The notes under the pieces were generated by a model. That model was not told where the DNA came from and ran no database searches. It was given only the letters and a program-made list of their open reading frames with translations. Below are positions 21,407 through 30,707 of a stretch of 64,000 bases of DNA, piece after piece. The stretch spans positions 448,001 to 512,000 of the forward strand of contig CBDCXM010000008.1 in assembly GCA_965223855.1 (NCBI GenBank), in the 5' to 3' direction. Source of the stretch: Candidatus Multivoradales bacterium (GTDB lineage Bacteria; Acidobacteriota; Thermoanaerobaculia; Multivoradales; JAHEKO01). A program made the position numbers and the translations under genes. The stretch's first letter is position 1. Every line of letters starts with the position of its first letter.

Positions 21407-22894
21407 ATGACCTCGCGACGCCTCGCCACCCCCCTCTCCCTCGTTGCACTGACGGCCTGGCTCCTCGTCGGGAGCCTCGCGACCGGCGACCGGCAGCGAG
21501 ACCCCGTACTCGACGCGGCCGCAGGGCATCTGGAGCTGCCGGACGACCCCTTCGAGGCGGTCGACCGCACCCTGCAGGCCCGCACGCCGAGGCGGGTCGT
21601 CGAGCGCGGCGGCGTCGTCAGCGTCCAGGTGAACGTCGATGAGAACGGCGACAACATCGTCGGTGACGCCGCCAACGAGCCGTCGATCGCCGTCGACCCG
21701 AACGATCCGTCCCGCATGGTCATCGGCTGGCGCCAGTTCGACACCGTCTCGAGCAATTTCCGTCAGGCGGGCGTCGCCTACTCCCACGACGGCGGTGAGA
21801 CCTGGACCTTCCCGTTCTCGATCGACGCAGGAATCTTCCGCTCCGACCCGGTACTCGCCGTCGACAATCAGGGGGTCTTCTACTACTACGCGCTCGGCGT
21901 GCCGGGCGGCAGTAACTTCGTCAACGACATGTTCCTGTCGACCGACGGCGGCATGACGTGGGGGCCCCCTCTCTTCACCTGCGGCGGCGACAAGGCGTGG
22001 TTCACCCTCGATCGCACGGGCGGCCAGGGGGAGGGACACCTCTACGCCTTCTGGACGAGCTTCTTCACCTGCCAGGGAGGAGTCGGTCACTTCAACCGCT
22101 CGACCGACGGCGCCTTCAACTGGGACCCGGAGATCAACGTCCCGCAGGACCTGCGGTGGGGCACGCTCGATATCGACACAGCCGGCAACCTCTACCTCGT
22201 CGGCACCGGCACCGCAGGAATCGCCGTCGTGCGCTCCAGCAACGCGCAGGACGACACGCAGACGGTGATCTTCGACCAGGTGAACACGGTCGATCTCGGT
22301 GGATTCCTCGACGACCGCGTCGGCCCCAACCCGGGAGGGCTACTCGGCCAGGCGTGGATCGCCGTCGATCAGGGGGACGACGCGCTCTATGTCGCCGCCT
22401 CCGTCAACCCGCCGGGCGCCGACCCCCTCGATGCCAGCTTCTCCCGCTCGACCGACGGCGGAGTGACCTGGAGCCCGCCGGTCCGAGTCAACGACGACAC
22501 CTCGAGCTCCGCCTACCAGTGGTTCGGCACCATGTCCGCGGCTCCCAACGGCCGCATCGACTATGTCTGGAACGACACCCGCAACGATCCCGGCGGCGTC
22601 GACTCCGAGCTCTTCTACTCCTACTCGCTCGACGGCGGCCTGACCTGGGCGCCGAACCAGGCGATCTCTCCCGCCTTCGATCCACTCATCGGCCACCCGC
22701 AGCAGAACAAGATCGGCGACTACTACCACATGGTCTCGTTCGACGACGCCGCCCACCTCGCCTGGTCGGCGACCTTCAACGGCGAGCAGGACGTCTACTA
22801 CACGAGGATTCCGGCGCCGGCTTCGGGACCGGAGATCTTCGAAGACGGGTTCGAGTCGGGCGACACATCCGCCTGGACGAAGACCACGCCGTAG
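21407..22894 (+). CDS. Secreted sialidase/BNR (Asp-box) beta-propeller protein with C-terminal FxDGFESGD tail
   Basis: Signal peptide; NEPSIAVDP; repeated S.DGG.TW Asp boxes; IGDY; ends IFEDGFESGDTSAWTKTTP. Confidence 0.85.
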   Translation: MTSRRLATPLSLVALTAWLLVGSLATGDRQRDPVLDAAAGHLELPDDPFEAVDRTLQARTPRRVVERGGVVSVQVNVDENGDNIVGDAANEPSIAVDPNDPSRMVIGWRQFDTVSSNFRQAGVAYSHDGGETWTFPFSIDAGIFRSDPVLAVDNQGVFYYYALGVPGGSNFVNDMFLSTDGGMTWGPPLFTCGGDKAWFTLDRTGGQGEGHLYAFWTSFFTCQGGVGHFNRSTDGAFNWDPEINVPQDLRWGTLDIDTAGNLYLVGTGTAGIAVVRSSNAQDDTQTVIFDQVNTVDLGGFLDDRVGPNPGGLLGQAWIAVDQGDDALYVAASVNPPGADPLDASFSRSTDGGVTWSPPVRVNDDTSSSAYQWFGTMSAAPNGRIDYVWNDTRNDPGGVDSELFYSYSLDGGLTWAPNQAISPAFDPLIGHPQQNKIGDYYHMVSFDDAAHLAWSATFNGEQDVYYTRIPAPASGPEIFEDGFESGDTSAWTKTTP

Positions 22895-22938
22895 ACGCGG
22901 CGCTTCTCAGCGGCCGGGAGAATCACTCTTCTCCTGTC

Positions 22939-25050
22939 TCAGTTCAGATAGCCGAGTGAGCGCAGCGTCTCGAGCTGCTCCTCCGTCGCTTCCGCCTCCA
23001 CCTCGCCTCTTGCCGCGGCGCTCTCCCAGTCGTGACCCAGGAGCTTCAGCAGCTCGGTCGTGAGCTCCGCAGTCGTCTCGGACCGCTCTTCGGCCACCTC
23101 CACTCCCTCGAACGGCGAGCGAGCTAGATCGAAGAGCGAGATCGTGAGCGAACCCGGTGCACTGCGACTCCGCCAGTCGCCCTCGACCACGAGCTTGAGG
23201 CCGTCGCGATAGAGGGCGGCCCGGGGCGATGGCAGCGTGCTCATCGCGCCGGGCTCGGGGTGAGGGTTCCACTCGCTCGAGATTCCCTCCGGGCTGCTCG
23301 CCAGCGCCAGTCGGTCGCCGTCGATCATCTCGAGCACCAGTGGGGCGATCGCCGTCTGATCGACAGCCTCCTCGATCCGGCGGCCATCCCCACTACCGGG
23401 CGGCTTGACGATCAGCGGGATGCGCACCGCAGCTTCGTACCCGCCGTGGTGGTCGTAGTAGAGCGGCAGTTCCTCGTTGTCGAAGAACGCCTCGCCGTGG
23501 TCGGAGGTCACGACGATCAGCGCGCGATCGAAGAGCCCTCGCTCCCGGAGAGCCTCGAAAAGGCGCCCGAGCTCCCGGTCGAGGTTGCCGACCTGCTCGT
23601 CGTAAGCCTCCCGATACCAATCCACCGTGCTCCGGTCGAAGTGCTCCGGCGCATCCAGGCCGACGAGCAGCCGCAGCAGGGCCGGCAGGAACGTGCGGCG
23701 GACCTCGTCCGGCGTCTCCGCCGCCGCCGGGTACGGCTTGTGGACGTCCATGAAGTTGAGGAACAGGTAGTGAGGGCCGTCACCGGCATCGAGCTCGCGC
23801 AGGGCGAAGTCGACCACCTCGTCGCCCGTCGCCTGGCGGCGCAGGCCGGTCCACTGCACGAGGAGCTGCTCCTCCAGGGCCGGGCGCTCACTCGGTGACA
23901 GGGCGTACCAGAGTCGCATCGGACCGGTCTGAAGCATCCACGCCCGACCGGGATGGCGGTAGCTCCGGCACCCCCTCACGAGGCCCGACGAGGGCCCGAC
24001 GATGCCGTTGGCGACGACGCAGGAGGTCTCGTAGCCACGCTCGGCGAAGGTCTCGTGCAGGGTCGGCACCGAGCTGTCGAGGCGGGGACCGTAGCCGGCC
24101 GAAGCGGTCAGATCGACTCGGTGTGCGGACGGCCTCAGGCCGGTGAAAAGAGAAGCATGACCCGGCAGGGTCCAGCTGGCGTTGGCCACGACGTTCGTGT
24201 AGGCGTCACCGCGGGCGGCCAGCGCGGCGAGATTCGGCGTGCGGCTCGCGGCTCCCGTCCTCAGGTCGATCGCATCGGCGCGCAGGGTGTCGGCGACGAT
24301 GAAGACGACCGGCGGCCGCTCCGCGGTTGCGGTCCAGTGCGGAGCACCCGCACCTTCCGGTTCGGGAGCGAGTTCGAGAACGCTGTGGGGTCTCGGAGCG
24401 GCGAATCTCACCACCAGGACGAAGCCCACGGCCAGCAACGCCAGAGCGACTCGACGCGATCGAGGAGAGAGGCGGCTCGCCCCTGCTGCCAGCACGACAG
24501 CACCGAGGACACAGGCCAGCGAGAAGACCGTCGATCGGGGCTCGAGGCCCAGCGGGCGGGCGCGTAGCAGGTAGAACGCGAGGCAGGCAGCCAGAGCGGC
24601 CAGGATCGACAACAGCCTGGCCGACCTCGACCGGCAACGGCCTGCCGCCCCGAGGACCCCGGCCGCCGCCACGGCGAAGAGCGCCAGCGCGAGCGGTCTC
24701 GGCAACCACCCTTCGAGCAGCGGACGTGCCACCGGCCAGCCGTGCGCGAAGCCGAGCACCAGCGCCCAGACGGCGATCATCCAATCGACAGGCGTCGTAC
24801 GAGACAGCGACCGCGGCCCGACTCGCCCCGCCAACCCCGCCAGACCTGCGATCGCCAGACCGCCCAAGGCCGCACCTGCCGCGATCGCGAAGTGCAGGAG
24901 CGCCGTCGTCCACCAGACCCGCCAGGAAGCGAGGTCGCTCGTGGGTGCCATCATTCCGAGCTCGACCACGGTGAGTGCGAGCGCGGCGGCCGCCGTCCAG
25001 CCTGCGCCGGTAAGGCCCTTAGCCCTTTGGCGTCGTTCGAGAGGGGTCAT
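22939..25050 (-). CDS. Membrane-anchored sulfatase/alkaline-phosphatase-superfamily protein
   Basis: N-terminal TM helices; DTLRAD, WTLPGHASLFTG, NFMDVH.PY, TSDHGE, RIPLIV; ends LRSLGY. Confidence 0.85.
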   Translation of the reverse strand: MTPLERRQRAKGLTGAGWTAAAALALTVVELGMMAPTSDLASWRVWWTTALLHFAIAAGAALGGLAIAGLAGLAGRVGPRSLSRTTPVDWMIAVWALVLGFAHGWPVARPLLEGWLPRPLALALFAVAAAGVLGAAGRCRSRSARLLSILAALAACLAFYLLRARPLGLEPRSTVFSLACVLGAVVLAAGASRLSPRSRRVALALLAVGFVLVVRFAAPRPHSVLELAPEPEGAGAPHWTATAERPPVVFIVADTLRADAIDLRTGAASRTPNLAALAARGDAYTNVVANASWTLPGHASLFTGLRPSAHRVDLTASAGYGPRLDSSVPTLHETFAERGYETSCVVANGIVGPSSGLVRGCRSYRHPGRAWMLQTGPMRLWYALSPSERPALEEQLLVQWTGLRRQATGDEVVDFALRELDAGDGPHYLFLNFMDVHKPYPAAAETPDEVRRTFLPALLRLLVGLDAPEHFDRSTVDWYREAYDEQVGNLDRELGRLFEALRERGLFDRALIVVTSDHGEAFFDNEELPLYYDHHGGYEAAVRIPLIVKPPGSGDGRRIEEAVDQTAIAPLVLEMIDGDRLALASSPEGISSEWNPHPEPGAMSTLPSPRAALYRDGLKLVVEGDWRSRSAPGSLTISLFDLARSPFEGVEVAEERSETTAELTTELLKLLGHDWESAAARGEVEAEATEEQLETLRSLGYLN

Positions 25051-25149
25051 TCCGAACCCGGCATCGCAGTGCCGCGACCGGACGCCGGCGAGCGGATCCG
25101 CCCGGTGGCGCCCACGCGCTGGGACCCGTCGCAGCGGCGCGGCCGCCCG

Positions 25150-26475
25150 TCAGAACTGATCGAGATAGCGCTCGTGCTCCCAGGCATGCACGTGCGCCAG
25201 GTAGTCGTGCCACTCCTGACGCTTCGCCAGCATGAAGTGCTCGTGGATGTGCTCTCCCAGCGCCTCCTGCAGAACCTTGTCCTTCGCCAGGAAGTCGAGC
25301 GCGGAGGAAAGATCCGCCGGCAGCTCGTCGATCCTGAGGCGCCGCTTCTCCCGATGACTCATCTTGAAGATGTTCTTGTTGACCGGCTCCCCGGGATCGA
25401 TCTCTTCGGCGATGCCGTCGAGGCCCGCCGCCAGCATCACCGTGAAGGCGAGGTACGGATTGCAGGCCGGGTCGGGCACCCGCACCTCGCAGCGGGTCGA
25501 CATCCCGCGTTTTGCCGGCACCCGCACCAGCGGTGAGCGGTTCTTCTCCGACCAGGCGATGTTGGTCGGCGCCTCGTAGCCGGGCACCAACCGCTTGTAG
25601 GAATTGACCAGCGGATTGGTGATCGCGACGAACGCCTTCGCGTGCTTGAGGATGCCTCCGATGTACTGGAGCGCCGTCGTCGAGAGCTGCCAGGGGGCGT
25701 CCTCGTCGTAGAAGGCGTTCTCGTCCCCCTCGAGCAGGCTCTGGTTGACGTGCATCCCCGAGCCGTTCACTCCGAAGATCGGCTTCGGCATGAAGGTCGC
25801 GTGGAGCCCGTGGTCCTGCGCCACCCGACGGACGACGAACTTGAACGTCGCCACGTTGTCGGCGCACTCGACCGCTTCGGCGTACTTGAAGTCGACCTCG
25901 TGCTGCCCCGGCGCGACTTCGTGGTGCGCCGCCTCGACTTCGAAGCCCATCGACTCGAGCATCACGACGATGTCGCGCCGGCAGTGCTCCCCCTTGTCGA
26001 CCGGGGTGAGGTCGAAGTAGCCGCCGACGTCGTGGGTCTCGACGATCGTCCGCCCCTCGGCGTCCTTCTGGAAGAGGAAGAACTCCGCCTCCGGACCGGC
26101 GACCATCGTGTAGCCGAGCTCCGCCGCCTTCGCCATCTGCCGCTTGAGGCACAGCCGCGGGCACCCCTCGAACTCGGAGCCGTCGGGCCGGTGGATGTCG
26201 CAGATCAGGCGCGCCACCCGGGTGCCGTCCGGGTTCGTCCACGGGTTGACGACGAAGGTGTGGTAGTCGGGCACCAGCAGCATGTCCGACTCCTCGATCC
26301 GCACGAAGCCGTCGATCGAAGAGCCGTCGAACATGATCTCGCCGTCGAGCGCCTTGCCGAACTGACTCGACGGCACCTCCACGTTCTTGAGCACCCCGGT
26401 GATGTCGGTGAACTGGAGGCGGAGAAATCGGACGTTCTCCTGGCGGGCTGTGTCGAGGATCTCCTGGCGGTTCAT
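25150..26475 (-). CDS. glnA: Glutamine synthetase type I
   Basis: FDGSSIDGFVRIEESDM, GPEAEFF, HHEVAPGQHE, FMPKP..G.NGSGMH, NSYKRLVPGYEAP, PDPACNPYL. Start at ATG 26475 after AAGGGAG. Confidence 0.97.
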   Translation of the reverse strand: MNRQEILDTARQENVRFLRLQFTDITGVLKNVEVPSSQFGKALDGEIMFDGSSIDGFVRIEESDMLLVPDYHTFVVNPWTNPDGTRVARLICDIHRPDGSEFEGCPRLCLKRQMAKAAELGYTMVAGPEAEFFLFQKDAEGRTIVETHDVGGYFDLTPVDKGEHCRRDIVVMLESMGFEVEAAHHEVAPGQHEVDFKYAEAVECADNVATFKFVVRRVAQDHGLHATFMPKPIFGVNGSGMHVNQSLLEGDENAFYDEDAPWQLSTTALQYIGGILKHAKAFVAITNPLVNSYKRLVPGYEAPTNIAWSEKNRSPLVRVPAKRGMSTRCEVRVPDPACNPYLAFTVMLAAGLDGIAEEIDPGEPVNKNIFKMSHREKRRLRIDELPADLSSALDFLAKDKVLQEALGEHIHEHFMLAKRQEWHDYLAHVHAWEHERYLDQF

Positions 26476-26631
26476 TCGAGTCTCCCTTCTCGCAACGTCG
26501 GTCCCCTCCAACCTACGCCAGTCGCTGGGGGATTGCCATCGAGAGACCGGCCTGCGGCCCCCCGCTCGGCGTCCGGAGCCCGCTTTCAACGCTGTCACCC
26601 TCGTGGTGGCCAGACTTACCTTGCACTGTCC

Positions 26632-28626
26632 TCACCGTACGACGTTCGACCAGCGTGACGCGTCGCCCGTCTCGAAGCCGTCGGCGAAGACGGGCTCGCC
26701 GCCCGTTCGGCACAGCAGCTCCCAGAGGAACTCCGTGAACTCGCTCTCAGGCGTCGCCTCGACTCCGACGTCGAGCGTGTCCCCGCCCACGGCCGGAAGC
26801 ACGAAGTCGGCCTCCGCCCAGGCGCGATCGGGATTGCCGAGGCTGTAGTCACTGCCGCCGAAGGGCACACCGTCGATCTCGAGATCGAAGCTCTGTCCGG
26901 GGATCGAGGCGTCGAAGCGGCGGCGCAGGCGAAGTTCCCCGTTGCAGCCGGCGGCGGTCATGGTGAAGGACGAAGATCCGCCGTCGCGGTAGCCGCCGGT
27001 GCCGGAGGCCGGTTGAGGGGGTTCGCCCTCGAAGAAGCCGTCGAGGAAGCGGAGATCCTCGCCCGGAACCGTCGCGTAGCCGTGATCGAGGCGAGACGCC
27101 GGGTCGCCGACATCGAGCCGGTCGACGACCTCGATCGGCGCCGTGCTCGCGAAGTAGTAGTAGGCGACGGTGCGGCTCCGCACGGCGAGATCCGACTCCG
27201 GCCCCCCCTCGAGGCCCGCACGAATCGATTCCGCCCACGGCACGGGGTCTGTCCAGAAGAAGCGGTAGGCGATGGTCTTGTCCTCGCCGCCGACCGGCTC
27301 CGACCTGAGGAGACCGTGCAGCGGCTGGGAGAAGAGCCCCTGGTCGAAGTAGAAGCCGGCGTTGAAGATGTCCTCGGTGCCGGTGCCGTAGATCGTCGGG
27401 TGCGCCGAGCCGTCGAGGTAGATCCGCTCGTCGCCCTCCAGGTACTCCCTCTCGAGGGTCGCGACGGAGCTCAAAGAAGCGGCAAGCCCGACCCAGCGAC
27501 CGGGGCGGTCCTCGGTCAGGAGCTCGACGTCGACTCCGGGCGTCGAGGGGTTGGCGACCTGGAGCTGAGCGCCGAAGAGCCCGCTTCCCGCCGGCGGTGG
27601 CGAGGCATCGAATCGCACGCGGGCCTCGACGGGCACACCCGTACCGCCCTCCCCGACGATGAGGCCGATGACCGCCGAGTCCTCGAACGGCATCGGGAAG
27701 TAGGATGCCCATTCGTTCGCGCCGTCGCTCTCGAGCCACAGGCCGTCGATCGGCGCCCCACCCCAGGCGGCGAAGAAGTCGGCGAGCGGCAGATCTACAG
27801 TGGTGCGACCGTCGAAGGTGAGGCGCAGCCTCACTCGCGAGAGGTCGACGGCGGGCAGTGCGAACCGCAGTTCTTCGAGGGTGCCCGGGCCCGCGCGGCT
27901 CCACAGCACCGCCGGCACCCCCGGCTGCAGGGTGGCGCTCGTCTTCACCACCGTCCCCCCCGGCGGCCACGGATCGCCGGGCGCCGCGAGGACCGACCTC
28001 AGGCCCGAGAGGTCCTCGGAACCGGTGAAGCTCGTCACGTCGGTCCCCGGCGCGACGGTCAGGAAGCCGAACTGGAACCAGATCCGCTGCGTCAGGTCGC
28101 CGGCGAAGGTGATCCGCAGCGACTCGGCGAACGGCATGGGGACGTAGCTGAAGTTGCCGCCGCTCGAGACCAGCCGGTCGCCGACGAGCGGCGCGGTGAA
28201 GGGGTCGGCGGAGCCGTCGAAGAGGCTGGGCAACGGCAGATCGATCCGCGGCGTCACCTCGCCGTCGAAGTAGAAGCGGACCCGGGTCGCCGGGTCGAGC
28301 GGCACGCTGACCGCATTCTGCCCGGCCGTCATCCAGATCCGGACGACCGCCCCCGGGCCGCGCTCCTCGAAGACCACCCCCTCCCCGTCGACGATCCGCA
28401 GGAATCGCGGATCGGAGGCGGAATGCCGGTCGAAGCGGCAGCCGTCGAGGCAGTGACTCGAACGCAATGCGAACTGCTCGCCGGGGCGGGAGACGGCCAT
28501 CGAGCGCAGGTCCTTCCACACCTCCCACGGGAGCGTCTGCGCGGTCGCCGGCAGCGCCGCCGCGAGCAGAAACAGGGCCGCGCCGATCTGCCGGAGTCCG
28601 GCGCTCGAAAGGGTTGTCACCACCAC
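26632..28626 (-). CDS. Secreted DUF2961 (GH172-like) protein with C-terminal FxDGFETGD tail
   Basis: GPGAVVRIWMT, SY.PMPF (twice), LEGDERIYLDG, GTGTEDIFNAGFYF; ends VFADGFETGDASRWSNVVR. Confidence 0.85.
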   Translation of the reverse strand: MVVTTLSSAGLRQIGAALFLLAAALPATAQTLPWEVWKDLRSMAVSRPGEQFALRSSHCLDGCRFDRHSASDPRFLRIVDGEGVVFEERGPGAVVRIWMTAGQNAVSVPLDPATRVRFYFDGEVTPRIDLPLPSLFDGSADPFTAPLVGDRLVSSGGNFSYVPMPFAESLRITFAGDLTQRIWFQFGFLTVAPGTDVTSFTGSEDLSGLRSVLAAPGDPWPPGGTVVKTSATLQPGVPAVLWSRAGPGTLEELRFALPAVDLSRVRLRLTFDGRTTVDLPLADFFAAWGGAPIDGLWLESDGANEWASYFPMPFEDSAVIGLIVGEGGTGVPVEARVRFDASPPPAGSGLFGAQLQVANPSTPGVDVELLTEDRPGRWVGLAASLSSVATLEREYLEGDERIYLDGSAHPTIYGTGTEDIFNAGFYFDQGLFSQPLHGLLRSEPVGGEDKTIAYRFFWTDPVPWAESIRAGLEGGPESDLAVRSRTVAYYYFASTAPIEVVDRLDVGDPASRLDHGYATVPGEDLRFLDGFFEGEPPQPASGTGGYRDGGSSSFTMTAAGCNGELRLRRRFDASIPGQSFDLEIDGVPFGGSDYSLGNPDRAWAEADFVLPAVGGDTLDVGVEATPESEFTEFLWELLCRTGGEPVFADGFETGDASRWSNVVR

Positions 28627-28684
28627 CGTTTTTCCGTAAAGTACCGCCTCTTGCGCCTTCGGAGCGCGTCAGGAGAAGTTCGCA

Positions 28685-28924
28685 ATGCCGAGACGATGCC
28701 AGATTACCGGTAAGAAGACCGCAAGCGCGCGGAATGTTTCGCACGCCCACAACGTCACTCCGCGTTGGCAGAAGCCCAATCTGCAGCGCAAGCGCATCTA
28801 CGTCCCCGAGCTGGGTCGTTTCGTGCGCCTCAAGGTTTCGACGCGGGCGCTGCGCACCCTCAACAAGAAGGGTCTGCTGCGCTACCTCAAGGACGAGGGG
28901 CTGACCCTCAAGGACGTCACCTGA
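28685..28924 (+). CDS. rpmB: 50S ribosomal protein L28
   Basis: CQITGK...NVSHAHN...PNLQRKR...[11 protein letters not shown]. Confidence 0.97.
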   Translation: MPRRCQITGKKTASARNVSHAHNVTPRWQKPNLQRKRIYVPELGRFVRLKVSTRALRTLNKKGLLRYLKDEGLTLKDVT

Positions 28925-28934
28925 GGCGGATGAC

Positions 28935-29174
28935 ATGAAGAAGGATCTCCATCCCGCCTACCATCCCGTCCTCTACGTCGACGGCGACTTCGAGTTCGTC
29001 TCGCGCTCGACCTCGACCAGCGACGAGGTGCGCAACATCGACGGCGTCGATCACTACGTGATCCGCCTCGAGATCTCGTCCGCCACCCACCCGTTCTACA
29101 CCGGCAAGCAGCGTTTCGTAGACACCGCCGGTCGCATCGACCGTTTCCGTCAGAAGTACGGATCCGGCAGCTAG
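28935..29174 (+). CDS. rpmE2: 50S ribosomal protein L31 type B (Cys-free)
   Basis: MKKDLHPAY...[26 protein letters not shown]; contains no cysteine. Confidence 0.95.
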   Translation: MKKDLHPAYHPVLYVDGDFEFVSRSTSTSDEVRNIDGVDHYVIRLEISSATHPFYTGKQRFVDTAGRIDRFRQKYGSGS

Positions 29175-29185
29175 AAGGAACCGCC

Positions 29186-29491
29186 ATGGCCAGTCAGTGC
29201 AAGATCGCCAAGAACCGCAAGCAGGAGCGCCTGATCGAGATGTACCGCGAGAAGCGCGCCGAGCTCAAAGAGATCTGGCTCGACCAGAGCCGCTCCCCCG
29301 AAGACCGCGAGCACGCCGTGCGTCAGCTCCGCAAGCTGCCGCGGGACTCGAGCGCCACCCGTCTGGTGCGCCGTTGCAACCTGACCGGCCGGCCGCGCGG
29401 CTACTACCGCAAGTTCGGCATCTCGCGCATCGCGCTGCGCGACCTGGCGCTCAAGGGTGAGCTGCCCGGCGTGACCAAGGCGAGCTGGTAG
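29186..29491 (+). CDS. rpsN: 30S ribosomal protein S14 (long, zinc-independent form)
   Basis: 101 aa; [27 protein letters not shown]...GELPGV.KASW. Confidence 0.97.
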   Translation: MASQCKIAKNRKQERLIEMYREKRAELKEIWLDQSRSPEDREHAVRQLRKLPRDSSATRLVRRCNLTGRPRGYYRKFGISRIALRDLALKGELPGVTKASW

Positions 29492-29514
29492 GCCGCGCGC
29501 ATCGACCTGGACTG

Positions 29515-29541
29515 AGGCCCGCCGCTACGGCGGGCCTTTTT
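29515..29541 (+). terminator. Rho-independent terminator after rpsN
   Basis: AGGCCCGCCG-cta-CGGCGGGCCT followed by TTTT. Confidence 0.85.
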
Positions 29542-29797
29542 CGTGGCGACGGGCCGGTCGCCGCGTAGTGTCATCACTCCCGTCGTCTCCAACTGGGAGA
29601 AGTTGACATATCGAATCGAGGAAGGCGGGTGCGACGAGCTCGCCACGCCAGTGGCGCTCCCGGCCTCCGCTCGAGCTTTGGTCTGTGGACCCGCCCCCGA
29701 CGGCCGGCGCAGGCCGCAACCGAGCCGCCAGCCGCATCGCTGGCAGCAGCGGGGAACCGTCTCGAACTAGTGGGACCTCCCCGGAAGCAGCACCGGC

Positions 29798-30439
29798 CTA
29801 CTCGACCGTGATTCCCAGGAGCATTACAGGTATGTCAGCGATCACACCGAAGGCTCGCACCATGAAGTAACCACCGGCGATCTGCCCGTTGCCGCCAGCC
29901 GGGTTCGGGATCGGCGGCACCGATGGATGATTGCCCCAGTTTGTCACGTACGAGCCGATCGCCGACGGGTTCGGATCGACAGCGACCCACGCGGCCACAA
30001 TGTCTGGGCCCGTGCTGTATGCGACGAAAATGTTGCCAGGCCCCTCGAACCTCACTGGCGCGAAGGACACTGATGTGAACGTGCCGCCGTCGATGCTGGC
30101 GACGGTGGCCGCGATCGTCGCGCGATGAGTCGCCGGCCCATTGAAGAAATCCCCATCCGGATCTTCGTAGAGGAAGATCGTGTAGGGGTCGCCTACTTCG
30201 ACTGTTCCTGCCGTCCACATGATGTCCACCTGATCGAGTTCCAACGGGAACTCAGGCGGCGAGAATTCGTTCAGCGCAACGAACGCGGACGAACTGCCGA
30301 AGTTGTCGGGTCCAGGCGTTCCATCGTCGTAGATGAACTCCACCGGATCTCCGGGCGGAGCCGTCTGTGCCAGTGTCGTTGCGGCCAACAACAGGCCGTA
30401 GGCAGCAAGAGCCGAGACTCTTCTGAAGCTAGTCCACAT
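29798..30439 (-). CDS. Secreted hypothetical protein with C-terminal IPVMLLGITVE motif (similar layout to 17945-18592)
   Basis: Signal peptide; YDDGTP; YFMVRAFG...IPVMLLGITVE; visibly more A/T-ending codons than its neighbours. Confidence 0.7.
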   Translation of the reverse strand: MWTSFRRVSALAAYGLLLAATTLAQTAPPGDPVEFIYDDGTPGPDNFGSSSAFVALNEFSPPEFPLELDQVDIMWTAGTVEVGDPYTIFLYEDPDGDFFNGPATHRATIAATVASIDGGTFTSVSFAPVRFEGPGNIFVAYSTGPDIVAAWVAVDPNPSAIGSYVTNWGNHPSVPPIPNPAGGNGQIAGGYFMVRAFGVIADIPVMLLGITVE

Positions 30440-30707
30440 GGAGCCGTACCTCGAATCGACTGAGGGTCACTCGGATGTTTGTGTTCGGAGCTTCTGCGGT
30501 GAAGGGTAGCAGCCGCGGCCCAGCCGGATTGTCGCCGTCGAAGTCGCCAAGATCTCCTTCAGGTGATGTTCTCGGTATAGATCCCGGTCGCCGGCCCGGA
30601 GTCGTCCGGGAGCACTTCGTACGCGCTCACCTCGTGCGGGGATACGACTCGTAGTCGGCCACTCGCATGGCATTCTTCCGGTTCCAATCGATCCTGGAGG
30701 AATCGCC

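Noticed and set aside
29543-29797. Short ORFs after the rpsN terminator
   Set aside because: No RBS and no recognisable motif; cannot be supported as a gene.
30467-30700. Possible transposase remnant upstream of the amidase
   Set aside because: Only vague composition cues; no HUH or DDE motif and no terminal repeats visible.
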